Source: Hemiscyllium ocellatum
Lineage: Eukaryota
DNA: 64,000 nucleotides
Assembly: GCF_020745735.1 (NCBI RefSeq)
Contig: NC_083417.1
Coordinates: 59,582,001 to 59,646,000 of the forward strand
Reading direction: 5' to 3'
In this document: positions 1 through 14,616 of the stretch, piece by piece
Numbering within the stretch: the stretch's first letter is position 1
Layout: each line of letters begins with the position of its first letter
Notes under the pieces: model-generated
Seen by the model: the letters and a program-made list of their open reading frames with translations, nothing else
Databases searched by the model: none
What the model was told of the DNA's origin: nothing
Position numbers and translations under genes: made by a program

Positions 1-1728
1 ACGTATGAGCGTCTTGTTTGGCTGAGTTGAGTTATTACTACCTATTAGTTTATTGTTTGTTATTATTTTAGCTAAATAGTTACTTGGGTTTTTATTATAT
101 ATTTTTCTATATACATATTCATACATTTGTACATGAGGGCAGGCTTGGATTTATTTTTACTTTTGTGTTCTTTGTATCGTTTTGTATTTGTTGTAATATT
201 AAAAAAATCTATTTTCAATACAAATATATTTTTAAAAAATGATATTTCAAGAGCTCTCCATGTAACCTCCACTGTATAACACAGGGCCAGCCCTGACTGC
301 GCATTATGATATGGTTGCGCTTTAAAAAAGACTATTTTTGAAGTCATCAATGACAGCTTATCATCGAGGACAGATCAGATCCCATGGTATGGCATTGGAA
401 ATGACCTCAATACAATGAACACTTTCAGCAAACTCCAAGATTTATTCAGTTAAGTAATGCATCTTAAATCTAATTTGTTTTGCAGACAACACATCCTGGA
501 GCACTGGTAACTCTTTTATGCATGGTTCAAATACGGATTATCATCTCTAAATTCCAGCAGCTGTGGCCAGAAGCTTCCTCAGAACTGCTCCCACTCTGCT
601 CCTGTAACTTTGTCAGAATTACAGCAGAAATCTATTGAAATACACCATTGGGAATTCCATCTCCCATTCAACCAAGTTTCGGCAGCAGAATGAGAGACAC
701 AGAGAGGGAATTACTGGTTCATGTGACATTTTAAAACAGGCAAGAGAGGTGATGGATGAAACAACAACAATTTATCTTTATATAGCAGCTTCAATGTTGT
801 AACAACATTTGAAAATGAGCCATCTATGAAGATATTAAGACAGATGAGACAGAGGAGTGGAGATATTTAGAGATGGAATTCTAGACTTTAGGGCCTAGGA
901 ACGAGAAGGGGAGTAATAGGATTTTGGTACATAGTGAGGTACACCAAATTAGAATTCTTGTTGCAAGTGGATTGGACTTAATGACCTGATTGTGTTGTAA
1001 CTTCTATTCAAACCCAGAACCACCCTATTTATGTAAAACCTGGTCACAGGCATATAAACAGAAGGAGTAGAAGTGAAAGAGCAGAACCTGCAACAGAAGT
1101 TGAAGACAAAAATTCTGTTTTTTCTGAAATTACGCAGTGTGTTCGGGTGAATTCAGTGAGGAAGAGTTTCCAACGGCACCTATGGTTTAAAGGTTTGGGG
1201 GGGTGGGGGGATGGGGTCACAGAATCGGTACTGCAGGTTTAATCCTATTGAGAATGACTCACCATTAAGGGTGTCTGAATTTAAACTTCTTCTATTTATT
1301 CAAGGATGTTGTCCTGAATTTTACAAATCAGACTTTACAGTCCTTACAACAATGCTCCCCTTTATTGTTACTGCTGAAAGTCATTGGGGTAGAGAGAGGA
1401 ATGAGGAATTTGTAGGTGCAGTATTGTTGCTTCTTCAACATTACAATGATTACATGGTCCCTGACTGGCCTTTCAGTCTAAATTTCTTCCTTACTTCGAC
1501 CAGCAGGTGAGTTAGTGTTAGCTGAATAGGACCAATTGTTTTTGATAGTTTTGCAATTTCTCAAAAATGTACCCTTGGAAACATTAACCTTCAGAAAACT
1601 TTTTCTTATATATATACAAAATAAAATCGGTGGCTCATTCATAAGGATTTTGTTGCTACAATTGCAGAACAAAGTCAGTTTTTCACCCTCCTGGAGTTGG
1701 ATTTGAGATTTTCACCTGGGGATTCAGT

Positions 1729-1765
1729 GAGGTGGGGGGGGGGGGGGGGGGGATAGTGGGAGGGT
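1729..1765 (+). repeat. Poly-G / G-rich tract
   Basis: Run of ~19 G plus flanking G-tracts. Confidence 0.85.
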
Positions 1766-1869
1766 GGTTCTTCCAAACTTCCACTGACATTTCAGCTGAA
1801 ATTCTCATCAGATTCAGCAAAGTGATCCTGGGGATAAACCTGGTCCCCAGCAGCCCACTGATTAGTTGC

Positions 1870-2137
1870 CCAGTAGGCAACCACATTGCTGTGGATCTGA
1901 AGTCACATTTAGGCGGGACCAGGTAAGGGTGGAATCTCCATTCTCCAAAAGGGCACTGGTGAACCACATGGGATTTTTGTGACAATCAACAATGGTTTCA
2001 TGGTCATCATCAGACTCTCAATTCCAGACTTCGGTTGAATTCAAATTCCACCATTTGCTGTGGTGGGATGCAAACCTGGGTTCCTGCATCCCTGGATTAA
2101 CAGTTCAGTGATAATACCATTAGGCCCTTGCCTCCCC
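1870..2137 (-). mobile_element. Same SINE family as 17870-18180, degenerate
   Basis: Reverse-complement similarity to 17870-18110. Confidence 0.6.
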
Positions 2138-3061
2138 GCGATTTAAAAGGAAGGGAATTAGAATCATGGCAATTAGCTGACAAATCTATTATCACTGGAT
2201 CATGCCTCTCTCTTTTCGTGACTCTTCCCGACTCTCTGTAACTCCACCACTGACAATCTGTGTCAGATTTCTCTCTCTCCCAACCCTGAGTTACTGTTGG
2301 TCTCATGCTTTGTATGGATGCGTGCTTTCTATTTAAAATGAAAGCATTCTGTTGCAACTGAGAGACCTCTCTATTCAGAAACTTACTGCAAAAAGCAAAG
2401 TAGCAATCCCATTGCGTTTGCTGCTTATGGGAGCTTCCTTCTCCCCTCTTACTCCCAAACCTAGCCTTTACTCCCACTTCTGTATCTTTGGCTATCATGC
2501 TCCTCCCTGTCCCCTGCAGTTAATTACTGTTGTTTGCCAAAGGAACACTGCCTTGCCTAATTGTTGGCAGCAGCAGTCTTTCAACACCTCGTGCCTCGGG
2601 ACCATAAGCTTTTTAAATGTTTGCTTTTCCTCCTACAACATTGCACCTGCAAAAACAGACCTAGCGAAAGGGCAGAGTGAAAACCAAGTACAGCAGATGC
2701 AGGAAATCTGGAATCCAAACAGAAATTGCTGGACAAACTCTTCAGGTCCAGCAGCAGCTGTGGACAAAAGAACATAGACCTAACCCTGTCTCAAATGAAA
2801 TCATTCAACTCAATGTTAACTTTGTTACTCATTCCACAGATAGTCAGACCTGCTGAAAGAAGCTGCACATACAGCATTGTGGTCATAGCCTCAACAATGA
2901 GGTTAATCAACATTCACAAGCATGGAGATGGGCTGAGAGTCTAGAATAAAGTGTCCGATGTCCCATCCTTTAATTGTCACGCCAAGACGATCCTTAAACT
3001 GGAAGATACATTGAGCAGTGGAGGTGAGATCAGGAAGTTAATAAAATAGATGATAATCACA

Positions 3062-3391
3062 GAGATCACAGAATCCCTCTAGTGTGGAAGCAGGCCATTC
3101 GGCCCATTAAGTGTGCACCCACCCTGACCCACTCTCCCATCGTCTCCCTGTAACCTTGCATTCCCCATGGCTGATCCTCCTAGCCTTCATGCCCTTAGAC
3201 ATTCTGGGCAATTTAGCACTGCCAATCCACCTAACCTGCATATCTATTGACTGCGGGAGGAAAGCAGAGGAAACCCACGCAGACACAGGGAGAATGTGCA
3301 AACTCCATACAGACAGTCGACGGAGGATGGAATCAAACCCAGGTCCCTGGTGCTGTGAGGCAGCAGTGCTAACCACTAAACCATGCCATCC
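3062..3391 (-). mobile_element. Older HE1-type SINE
   Basis: Diverged copy of the same family. Confidence 0.85.
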
Positions 3392-3791
3392 TGATGGATT
3401 ACGTGAATGATCAAAATCATGGCACATGGTTAGAATGCAAGAAAATTTGAGGTAAACAGCAATGGACCTCAGAAAGATCCATCAATCTATTCCCCAAATG
3501 GTGCAGAGATAAGGACTGGGGCTGAAGATATTTAGGTGTTCAAGCACAAAAATCACAAAGCCAGTGAAAAAAAAGGTACAAACGTTAATTTAGAACATGA
3601 ATAAAATGTTGATCTTTTTCCCCAGGTGCTGCAATACAGGAAGGTGGACATTATACTCCAGCTAGTTAAATCTTGGGTCAGACCCTATCTGGAGAATTGC
3701 ACTCAGTTCTGGGCACCACATCCCTGGAAGATTATTTTGGCCTGTGCAGAACAGTCTTCTGCACCCCGCAATTGGAAGCTGTATCACTTAC

Positions 3792-3900
3792 ACATATTGA
3801 GCTGCCTCACGAAGCTGGCCATGTTGTTGTGCTTGAAGTATTTGGGCAGTACTTCCTTAGCAAACCTGCCCTGATCAAAGACATGGAAACTGGTCCCACT
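3792..3900 (-). CDS. HSF4: Heat shock factor 4, second coding exon (109 bp, DNA-binding domain)
   Basis: Acceptor CTTATTTTAG|, translates [36 protein letters not shown]+T, donor |GTAAGT. In phase with exon 16683-16778; not in the ORF track. Gene continues beyond the left window edge. Confidence 0.92.
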
Positions 3901-6182
3901 CTAAAATAAGATTAAAAAGAAAACACTTTGGTCACTTCACGGAATTACAGGGCAACCAAGAGAAACAAAGATTCAAATTGAAGCATTAACGTAAACCATT
4001 CCTGCTGCCCTCCCCTTGGCAGCGTGAGGATTAGCAAATCCCTGTGTTTGTGTGACAGGCTCCTTCTTGTGCTCCACTGGCCTAAGGAACAGACTGACCA
4101 GTAACTTTATGAATCAAATTATTATTGAAATGGTGGGTGTTTTGTGATCTTCTAACCGACAGTCAGTATGTCCTGTTGGAAGGTGAATCGTCCCATTAGT
4201 AGTCTCATACGTGACCCTGTTGTACAAGTGAAGTGTTGTCTTGATAAAAACCCACATCAGGGTCTCCCAATTTGAATGTGACATGGGGGGGGTGGGGGAA
4301 GGATTTTAAAAAGACCTTTCGTCACATATTGAGCTTTTACTACTCCAAATAAGACACAAGATTGGCCACAATATCTGCTGAGACTTCATGGCCTTAAAGA
4401 GACATTTTGCATTTCCCACACATTCGCTGTCAGCAGAAGAATAATCCATTGTGTACTGCAGTGAGGATCCCGATTAAACTTTCTAATTCTACTTGTGACA
4501 GCCCCCATATGTAAACACAAATACAGAAGGTAATGTCACTAAGTGACTGCATTACCCGATGAAGGATTTAGCGAGACTGAAGAGGAGAGCCTCTGAAAGC
4601 CAAAAAAGTAACCACAGGAAACATCAACAGGAACCTGAAGAAAGCTTTCAGCTCTGACAGAATGTACTTCATGAAATCAGTTCCAATCAACATTATATTG
4701 TATCTATAATGACGTATCATTCTGTTGCCGTACATACATTTGGAAAAGTCTGCAAGCTCCAGTTTTTTATAACTAATGACACCCTACTGCCAAACAAAGA
4801 CATTTTGTGATGTTGGGAAAGTTTATTTCATGATGGGCAGCTGTTCAATCTATATATAAAAATGAATAGAAATAGAATACATTCAGTATGTATTATTGAT
4901 ATATAAATAATTTGGAGATAAATGTAAATTATAATGAATAGCATACAGTCATCAATATATATTAATGACATTTGGACTAGGTGCTGAGATAATGTGCATC
5001 TATGAAATATTCTTACATACTGCTTGGTGAAGGCTTAGTGAGGAAAGTACTATTTGATACTGAGACAAATGGAGCACAAGGTTCTCTGATTTGATTCCTA
5101 TTTGTGCCATTAGCTGAAAATCAACTGACTGGGCACTAAACATGACCCTGGTAACCATAGAGTAGGAACAGAGAAAGAAAACTCCCAAGTCAGTTTCTCA
5201 GTCTCAAACTATCTCCATGTCACAAAGTACATTTGCTGTGATAATGAAATAGACTGACCAGGGAGGAATGACGAATTGAATAGGATATTGCAGGCTTATC
5301 GAACTACTTCCACAAGACAAGTCATTGCTTTCAGGAGAGAAGCAGCAAAGAATAAAGGTACACGGGAGTTTCAATAGGTGTGAGATAGTGCTCTCTCTAA
5401 ATAACTCACCTTTCCCAGCACAAAAACTCAAATACAATAAAAGTAGTGATTTGTAGTATCAAAACAGAATGTAGTCAAAGCTACACAATTATTGCCAGCC
5501 ACTACCTCGTCCAGAGAAACAAAAACAGCAATGCTTCATGAACCCACCACAGCATCCAATAAGATCACAGCTGATCGACAGCAATTTTGAATTCTCACAC
5601 TATCCCCATATTCACTGATTGACAGTGGACACTAAGACCTTCAATCTCTGTTGAATATATTCAATGACTGATAACACACAGCTCTGTGTGGGTGAAACCT
5701 TTTGAAGATTGTCAAACCTTCCAGTATTAAATGACTGACTTCTTATTCTGATGTTTAGTTTTAGAGTCTCCAGAAGGGGAAACATCATCTCAGCATCTAC
5801 AATTGTTTGTTTTTCCCATTAGCAATTTTATGTGTTTTGATCATATTCTTCTAAACTCGAATGAATGTGGACCTGATTTACTCATTTGCTCTTTATCCCA
5901 ACATTCTACCCAGTCAATCTTCGTTGTACTCCCCACTCAGGTAAGTATATCTTTCTTCAGGTTAGGAGACCAAAACCATACTCAATATTCCAGGTATATA
6001 GTCTTACCCTTTACAAAGTCCTTTACAATTGTGATAAGACTTACTTAGTTATTTATTCCAAGCCCTATGTAAGTAAATGTAATGTTTCTAATACCATTTC
6101 TTTACCTGTTGTTTGGTGTAACTGGAAGCTAACTTGGTCGTTTGAATACAAGGTCACCCTGTGTCTCTCTAAATACCAACAT

Positions 6183-7440
6183 TATGATTTGGATGTGAAC
6201 ATCGTAAGTTTGCAGATGACACAAAAATTGGTGGCGTAGTGGACAGTGAAGGTTATTGCAGAATACAACAGGGCTATCATCAGATGGGCTGATGAGTGGC
6301 AGGTGGAGTTTAAATTAAATAAAATGTGAGGTATTGAATTTTGACAAGGCAAGTCAGGGTAGGACGTATACATGTAATGATAGGGCCATGGGGCATTGCC
6401 AAATAAAGAGACCTTGGAGTGCAGATTCATAGTTCCTTGAAGGTGGAGTCACAGGTAGACAGAATAGTGAAGGTGGCATTTAGTATGATTGCCTTTATTG
6501 ATCAGTGTATTGAGTATAGGAATTGGAAGATCATATTGCAGCTGTACAAGGCACTGGTAAAGCCACTTTTGGAATACTGTGTTCAATTCTGGTCTCCTTG
6601 CTATAGGAAAGATGTTGTCAGGATTGAAAGGGTTGAAAAAGGCTTCAATCTTTGAAAGGGTTTCCAAGGTTGTTGCCATAGTTGGAGGGTTTGAGCTATA
6701 GGGAGAGGCTGAATAGGCTGGGGTTAGTTTCCCTGGAGCATCAGAGACTGAGGGGGTGACCTCAAAGGTTTATAAAATCATGAAGGGCCTGGGTGGGGGG
6801 GGATAGCCAAGGGGCAGCACGGTGGCTGAGGGGGGGGCGGCACGGTGGCTCAGTGGTTAGCACTGCTGCCTCACAACGCCAGGGTCCAGGTTCGATTCCA
6901 GCTTTGGGTTACTGTCTGTGTGGAGTTTGCACATTCTCCCCGTGTCTGCGTGGGTTTTCTCCGGGTGCTCTGGTTTCCTCCCACAGTGCAAAGATGTGCT
7001 GGTCAGGTGAATTGATCATTCTAAATTGCCCATAGTGTTAGGTGCATTAGTTAGAGGGAAATGGGTCTGGGTGGGTTACTCTTCGGAGGGTCAGTGTGGA
7101 CTTGTTAGGCTGAAGGGCCTGTTTCCACACTGTAGGGAATCTAATCAGACTTTTCCCTGGGGTGGGGGAGTCCAAACTAGAGCGCATAGGTTTAAGGTGA
7201 GATGGGAAAGATTCAAAAGGAACCCAAGGGGCAACTTTTTCATGCAGAGGGTAGTGCACATATAGAATGAGCCGCCAAAGGAAGTGGTGGAGGTTGGTAC
7301 AATTACAGAATTTAAAAGGCATCTGGATGGGTATATGGACAGGAAGGGTTTAGAGGGATATGGGCCAAATGGGACTAGATTAGGATATCTGGTCAACATG
7401 GATAAATGGGACCAAAGTCTCTGTTTCCACGCTGAACAAC
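6183..7440 (+). mobile_element. CR1-clade LINE 3' fragment with nested SINE
   Basis: KFADDTK, HSSLKVESQVDRIVK, LEYCVQFWSP motifs and CR1 3' UTR. Confidence 0.88.
6811..7146 (+). mobile_element. HE1-type SINE nested in CR1, with duplicated 5' head
   Basis: GGGGCAGCACGGTGGCT followed by GGGGCGGCACGGTGGCTCAGTGG; full core and tail. Confidence 0.88.
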
Positions 7441-10400
7441 TCTTACTATTTCCCAATCTCACCTTTTAAAAATTATGCTTCCTACTTAAATGGATAACTT
7501 CAAATTTCTGCCACACTGCACGATGAATGCTTCAGGTGTTCAGAATAATTCACAATGGGGAATAAAAACTATTCTACCCAGGCTCCCAAACCACATTTTA
7601 AATTTATTGTCATTAGCGTAAAGATATGCCCAAAGCTGCTTTACAAATAGGAAAAAGGAAACAGATGTTAAACGAGGTTCAGATAGATCAGGAGGCAGGA
7701 CTGAAAGGTTGGTTGGAGATGGGTTTTGAGGTTTTTATTAAAAGGGTGGAAAAGTTGAAGCAAGAAGTTTCAGGATTAGGACCCAAGCTTCTGCAAATCT
7801 GCCTCCCCCACCACGGGGGCTGGCCGGGGAGGGGGCTTAAGGAGTGAGCTTGCCAAAGAAGCAGGACAAGAATGACTCTCCAGCAGCACTGCACAGAGCT
7901 ATTACTCATTCAGTGAGACAAGAGTTATTGTCTATGAAGTGTAAGTGTACAGGGGTTCTGTTTGTTCAGCAGGATACCGTGTAATGTACAGAGCACTGGT
8001 CATTCAACAAAGAAGAGACAACCACTACATAACTGAAATTCTTGTATAATTGTACACAACTGCTGTTAAACCTAGCAGGACTAGAGTAGATATCGTGGTA
8101 GTGTGTAATGTGAGGTTAGTCAGTGAGGTATGGGGACCCAGAGAATACTGTCCCATTGTCAAGGTAAAAACAATGACTGCAGATGCTGGAAACCAGATTC
8201 TGGATCATTGGTGCTGGAAGAGCACAGCAGTTCAGGCAGCATCCAATGAGCAGCGAAATCGACGTTTCGGGCTAAAGCCAAGGTGTCATTGTCCTTTATT
8301 TCATTTCAGGGCAGGATTTGACGAAATGACTGACCACAGTATAACATCCTACAGCATGTCAGATTTTGCACTAGGGTTAGTTCAGTACCTCAGACTCAGT
8401 GGTGGAACGTCCAAATTTCACTCCACAAGACTTGAGCAAAAAATACAGGTTTATACTACAGGTAAAAGATTCAGTGGCACTTTTCAGAGAAGAGCTAGGG
8501 AGTTCTGCCTGGTAGCTTAGACAGCAGCTAACACTCAACCAACATCAGAAAATTCAATCAGAATGATCTGATTATTTAACTCATTGCTGCTCATGGGGTC
8601 TTGTTGTATAGTAATGGTCTTCCATATATCCTACTTTACAATGGAGCTATAATTCAAAACTACTTTATTGATTGTAAAGTGTTTTGAGATGTCATGCGGC
8701 CTTGTAAAGCGCTTTAAAAATGTGAAAATACATTTCTTTCCAGATTTCCTGATCACCACCACCTTAACTGGCATGGTGTTTTGTGACCACCTTAAAATGA
8801 AAGGCATGTCTAACTGATTTTGGTGCAAGCAGGCAGCTCACCAACACAGTTCAAAACGACAGTCGGAATGAAAGTGCTGATGTCTGGAGCACAAGGAAGT
8901 GCATTGTAAAAGCAGCTGTTACTGTCATTGACTGGTCCAAAACCCATCACTCATTGCCATTCCACCTTGCTTTAACTCAAACCCAAAGACGATGCAGTTA
9001 ATTGCCCAATTGGGAAGCCCCTTCACTTTGAAGAAGGCAGAAGAGAGGTGGAGATTAAACCATGTAACTAAAACTAAAGTGTTAACGCCGGCAAGATCAA
9101 AACACACTGAGTCAGCAAAACAAAACAATATCCACCACAACTGCCTGCGATTTTAGTCAGCTTTTCTGTGCTAAATCATTGCCTGTAACTGGTTCACATT
9201 TAGTTCAGTGGACTTGTCTCTTATCACACAAAGACACTTTCCCAATAGCGTGCAACTAAAATTGGATGCTCTAAAGTAAATAATTTTTTTTGGACTGTAT
9301 CGCTGAAATCCTTGCCAGCAGTAGGCTGTAATCCATTACAAGTGTTACTGTGACCTTCACTGAATACAGACTGTGATAGCCTAACTACTTAGATAATTAC
9401 TTCTTTATGGTAGCCTGGAACTGTTAGGGAAAAATCAGGACAATAAAAGTATTTTATCTCTCAGAAGAAAACTAGTCCCAGATTAGTTAGGCCAATATTT
9501 GGACATCAAGTAGTGATTTCCAAGTGATAACATACAGCTCCTTTAATGACGATAATATTCTGACAGGAAACAGTCCCCCATTATAACACAAATCAGCATT
9601 TACAATACAGAAACAGCACCTTTAAATATATTTAATAGCTCAATCCATTTAACAGCTTTCTAAAAGTCTGTTCCACTGAAGATGTCCCACTGACATAATC
9701 ATGCTCCTCACAACAGTGGTCCAGTGAATGCAGCAAACTGATAAGTCACATTGACAGCACATACTCATGGTTCATTTGAAGCTAGAGGGGCTCGTTTACA
9801 TGCCATAGTTTTCTGTTTTAGTTTAGAACCTAAATTATAATCCATTCCTCACCTTACAGTCTAAGTTCCAAAATCAAAACTGCTGAAGTAGCAGCTATGC
9901 CCATTTCTTTGTTTCCTACTTTGATGCATTTTGCACACTCAGTCAGTACTGGAAATGAGACACTGTCTGACCACCTTTTGACCATTGCTGGCGTCTTCAA
10001 CTTGAAGGTCAAGTATAATTATGAGGATGTAAAGTACCCCTTATTCAAGGCAGACAGGTCACATAACTGGGTGGTATCGCTGAAAGTCAATGGTACTCAC
10101 TAAACAATCAGGCTTTGTTACATGGCATGTCCAAAGATCACCTTCTCCAGCTTACAATCTTTTAATCGTGTAAAGATAGTTGGAATTGTAAAACTAAGAA
10201 TTTTTATCTATTAGTGTATGTTGGGGATTCGATTTGACAGAGGACATTTATAACATTGCCTATACAAAGTGTTTCCAGACTCAGAGATACAACCACCTTT
10301 GGGGAACTGAATGAATTGGAAAGGAAGGTTTAATGAACTCGTTCTTTTGAGATGTAAAAGTAGCAAATTCTAAACTCCACAGATTAAGTGGAAAGTTGTG

Positions 10401-11269
10401 CTGGTTAAAAATGCACAAGTGCAACAAGGTCATTTTGACATTTTGTACCTCCACCCCCCTGCAAAACATAGGCTTTAATATTCAAGTTTCTTGGCTTGTT
10501 TAAGATATTTGAAGCACTCAAATGAATTAAACCTCAATGATGTCTGTTGTCTAAGCAAATTAAACAATTATGAGGTCCATAACCAATTACTCTAGGCCGG
10601 GACTGAGAAGTAAAAGCTGCTGGAGTAACATGAAAATGATCTTTTTAAAAAAAAACACAAGATACCTACAGTATCCATCTGAAAAGACTTAAGGGCTGAT
10701 TTGGAGGAAAGTACTTGTGTGATTGCAGTTCTTGTTGCCAGGCCAGATCAAAGCCCCATTTTTTTTTTAATTTTCTTTTGCAGCAATTTTATTATTTTAA
10801 AAAAATATATCTGGGATCCTTGCAATATGTTTTTCTACTTAAAATTGAGGGGAACCCCCATAACAAACAAACAGAGAAACAGTGAAAAATATTCATGAAA
10901 GTAGGAAATATATAAAACAGGCCTGTTATTAGGATGTCAAATTTTCAGAAATAATATATGGAGACAACAGCGAAAAAACAAGCAAAAGACAGAACAAAAA
11001 AAAAAGGAAGAGTGAAACTCAAAAAGAATTAGAGATTGCAAGGCAGGCAGGAAACCCCCAATTTAATTTCTAAAATTACACTGTACGTGTAACACTATAG
11101 AAGGAAAGCATTCACCTTTTCAGTTCTATTCTCATTCCTGTTTACCTTCATTTTTTGAAACAAACAATCCTAATATAAAATAATGCCTTACTGTCTAACT
11201 CAACTGAAATATTTCAAAGTGCTTCACATAATGCATGATCTTTGAAATGCTGCAACTCAAGGAAACCCA

Positions 11270-12480
11270 TAAGAATGTACAAAATAGAACTGGACCATTC
11301 AGCCCCTGGAATCCTGTTCCACCATTCAGTCAGATCATTGCTAATCTCTATTTTGAATTCCACATTCCTATCTGACCCCTGATAACCCTCAATTCCTCTG
11401 TCTAACAAGAATCTAATCACCTCCGCCTTAAAAATATTCAATGAACACCTTCTGAGGCAGAGCGTCAAAGCTTCTGATACAGTTTTTAAAAAATCTCATC
11501 TTTGGCCTGAGAGGGTGACCCTTGATCTTTTTAAAAAAGTACCCCTTAAGTTCTTGACTGACCCACAAGTGGAAACATTACCTTCACATCTATCTTGACA
11601 AGACCAGGATCTTATGTATGTCAGGGCAAGTCACCCCTTACTCATTTAATGTCCAATGAAGACAAGCCCAGCTGTCCAAACTGTCCTCAGACAACCAACT
11701 CAGTACAGATAAAAATCCAGCAAACCACCTCTGAACTGTCTCCAATGCATTTACATTTGTCCTTAAGAAAAGAGGCCAAAGTGGAATACAATATTTGAGA
11801 TGTAGTCTCACCAATGCCCTATTTAACTGAACTATAACATCCTTACTTTCACATTCATTTCCTCTTGGAATAAATAATAACATCCCATTAGTCTTCTTCA
11901 TTACTTGCTGTCATTGCATACTAATAGTTTCTAACTCACGCATCAGAACAGCTAGATTCCTCTGCAACATTTTCCATTTAATCTAGTTATTTTAAAAAAA
12001 TCCTTCCTGCCAAAGCAACTTCACATTTTCCAACATTATATACTATCCACCAGATGTTTGCACACTCTCAACCTATTTGTATTCATCATCAATTTTTTAT
12101 GCTCTCTTCACAACATATCTTTGTGTTGCCAAAGAATTTAGTTACCATAACATCACTCGTCTCAACCAAAGCATTGATGTAAATTGTAAAAATTTGAGGG
12201 CACATCACAGACCCCTGTGGGACCCCACATTAGACAAAGACCATGTATGTATACTGTTTTCTGCCAGCCAATCTTCGATCCATGCTAACATGTTACCCCC
12301 TCCATTCATCCATAGATTTTATTTTCAGCAATAAGCTTTGATCTGGCACTTTATCAAATGCCTTCTGGAAATTCAACTACAGTAAATCCACAGGCTCCTC
12401 TTCACAGCACGTTACTCCTTCAAAGAACTTCAGTAAATTGGTTAAACATGATTTTCATTTGGCAAAACCATGCTAACTGT
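11270..12480 (-). mobile_element. Old CR1-clade LINE fragment
   Basis: ALVRLHLKYCIPLWP (11638-11901), GVPQG-like and KAFDKVP-like DNA motifs. Confidence 0.75.
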
Positions 12481-14616
12481 AAGAACTCACAATGGCAGTG
12501 AAAAGTTTACAAAGTTACTACTTATGGCACCATCTTAGGTACAATGACATAGGATCTTAGTAATAAAGTTAGAAACTAAAGAAAAAAAAAATAGCATTTC
12601 AGTGCTTCATGCCAACTTAAGAACAAGGTACCCAAGTACAAAATCTTAACAATAAATCAGAAACATTCAGAATGCCTGATTACATTGAGATTTTCTAAGT
12701 GCACAGCAATAATCTCTTTAAAGATCAATTCTAAAATGCTTACCATGGCAGATAACTGGCCTTTGGTTCCTGTTTCTGCCTTCTTCCATTCTTAATTGGA
12801 GAAGATAAATTTGCTCCTTTTTAGTCTGATGGTACCTTTCCCAAAACAAACCAATTCCCCAAAACATATGGAACAAAATATTTCCTTTCTGTAAATATGT
12901 TTCTCAGCCTTCAACAGTCCAGCTTGAGGACTGGCTTCTAATTATTTGAAAACTGACTAGTGACACAACCAAAAATATTCCCCAAGTATGATAATTAATA
13001 GTTATAATCACAGATTTGACCTGTTCTCACTGCAGCTACACACTCTGTAATAAACAGTTCACTTCCTGATAACCAAAGGCACACCACCACCTTGTCACGG
13101 GTAATGCAATATTCTCCATTTAAATAGGTAAGGCACAACAATGTTCAAGAAGCTCAAAACCATCTGATGGATCAGCAACCCATCCACTGGACTAAAGATT
13201 CATACGTACCACCTTGAGCACAACACAATTACAATGTGTTCTGTCTACAGGATGCACTGCAGGACTTCGCAAATCCACAACTTGCACTACCTAAAAGGAT
13301 ACAGTCTACTGATGCATAAGGTAACCATCACCTACAAGCTACCCAGCATCTTGACATGGACACGTACTGTCCATTGTTCTTTCAATATTGCCAGGTCAAA
13401 ACAGTGGGACCCAATATCAGGAGGAGACAGAGACCGAGAGAGAATAGGGAGCAATGAAGGCTGATCGAGAGAGATAGGAAGGAGTCAAGGCTTGATTGAA
13501 TGCAAAACTGAATCTGGTCACATGATGAAGAGGTATTCTCACTACACAGCCAGTCTAGAGTGAGACTCTTCACCTTCTCAAGGGCAACTAGGGATGGGAA
13601 ATAAATGCTGCCATCAGAAGGCTTGTTCACTCCAACTTAATGGAAATACCGACAAAGACCTAACATCTGAGCCTGAGGAGCAAGAAGGAAGCTGATTTTT
13701 CTGCTCAAGCTTTGGATCTGTTTCAGTTCTCTTCTCTTATGTTTGCAGCTGTTACCCTGCTTCGATTTGGGTACTTTTCCCATTTGAATTTTTTAAAAAT
13801 TTAACTGGCATCTGTTGTCCGGGGTCTGAGAGGAACGACTCAATTCGCTGTTGTTCTGGTCAAGCTTGTTGGCATGAGGTCATTGTTTGCAGTCAATAGG
13901 AGGAGAGAGCCAAAAGAAGGCACTAACCTGTGAATGAGTATTGTTCTGGAGCAGCGTGGGGTTGAGGAAGGGATCAGAGAAGCCAGGGCTAGAATTCTAA
14001 CAACCGGAAAGACAAACAGGGAAGACAGGAGACAAGCCAGTGCTATCACTATGCTAACAGATACAGCAGAACGTGGGAGTGTGGTTCAAAAATGAACAAA
14101 TTTACATCTTTCACATCCTCAGGATGTCTCAAGAAACATCAGAACCAATATAAGCACTTTTGAAGTCAAGTCACAACTGTAATGCAGGCAAACAGTTGGT
14201 AACAAAGGCAGGGATGACCTGAAGCTGGACAGGAGATTGACAGAAATCTGAAAGATTGGGTGAAAATGACTTTGACGTAACTTCTCTGGGGCTTTGATTT
14301 GGTTTGCTGTACATGTTCTTCACATCAGGCCTCAAAATAAATCAGACTATGCCCAAGAGCTGGCAGTATATTGAGACTGTGAGGTGAGTAGAAGTGAGAA
14401 AGAGTGGATGTTTGTGGGACTGGTTACAGCTTTATTTTGGTGACTTACTGGATGCCTGTGAATGAGGTGATAAAACATTTGTTTTCAGAGGAGACAGTGG
14501 GCTAGGTCACTGTCCATATGCCAGAACAGTTTGGGCATTATGATTGCTTGATGGTTCCTGGGATCTGGTTGATCCCTGATGATATCATTTCAGGAATAAC
14601 TAGTTTCTTGATTTAC

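Noticed and set aside
1-3790. HSF4 exon 3 (YGFRKV...)
   Set aside because: Not found by eye; presumably left of the window.
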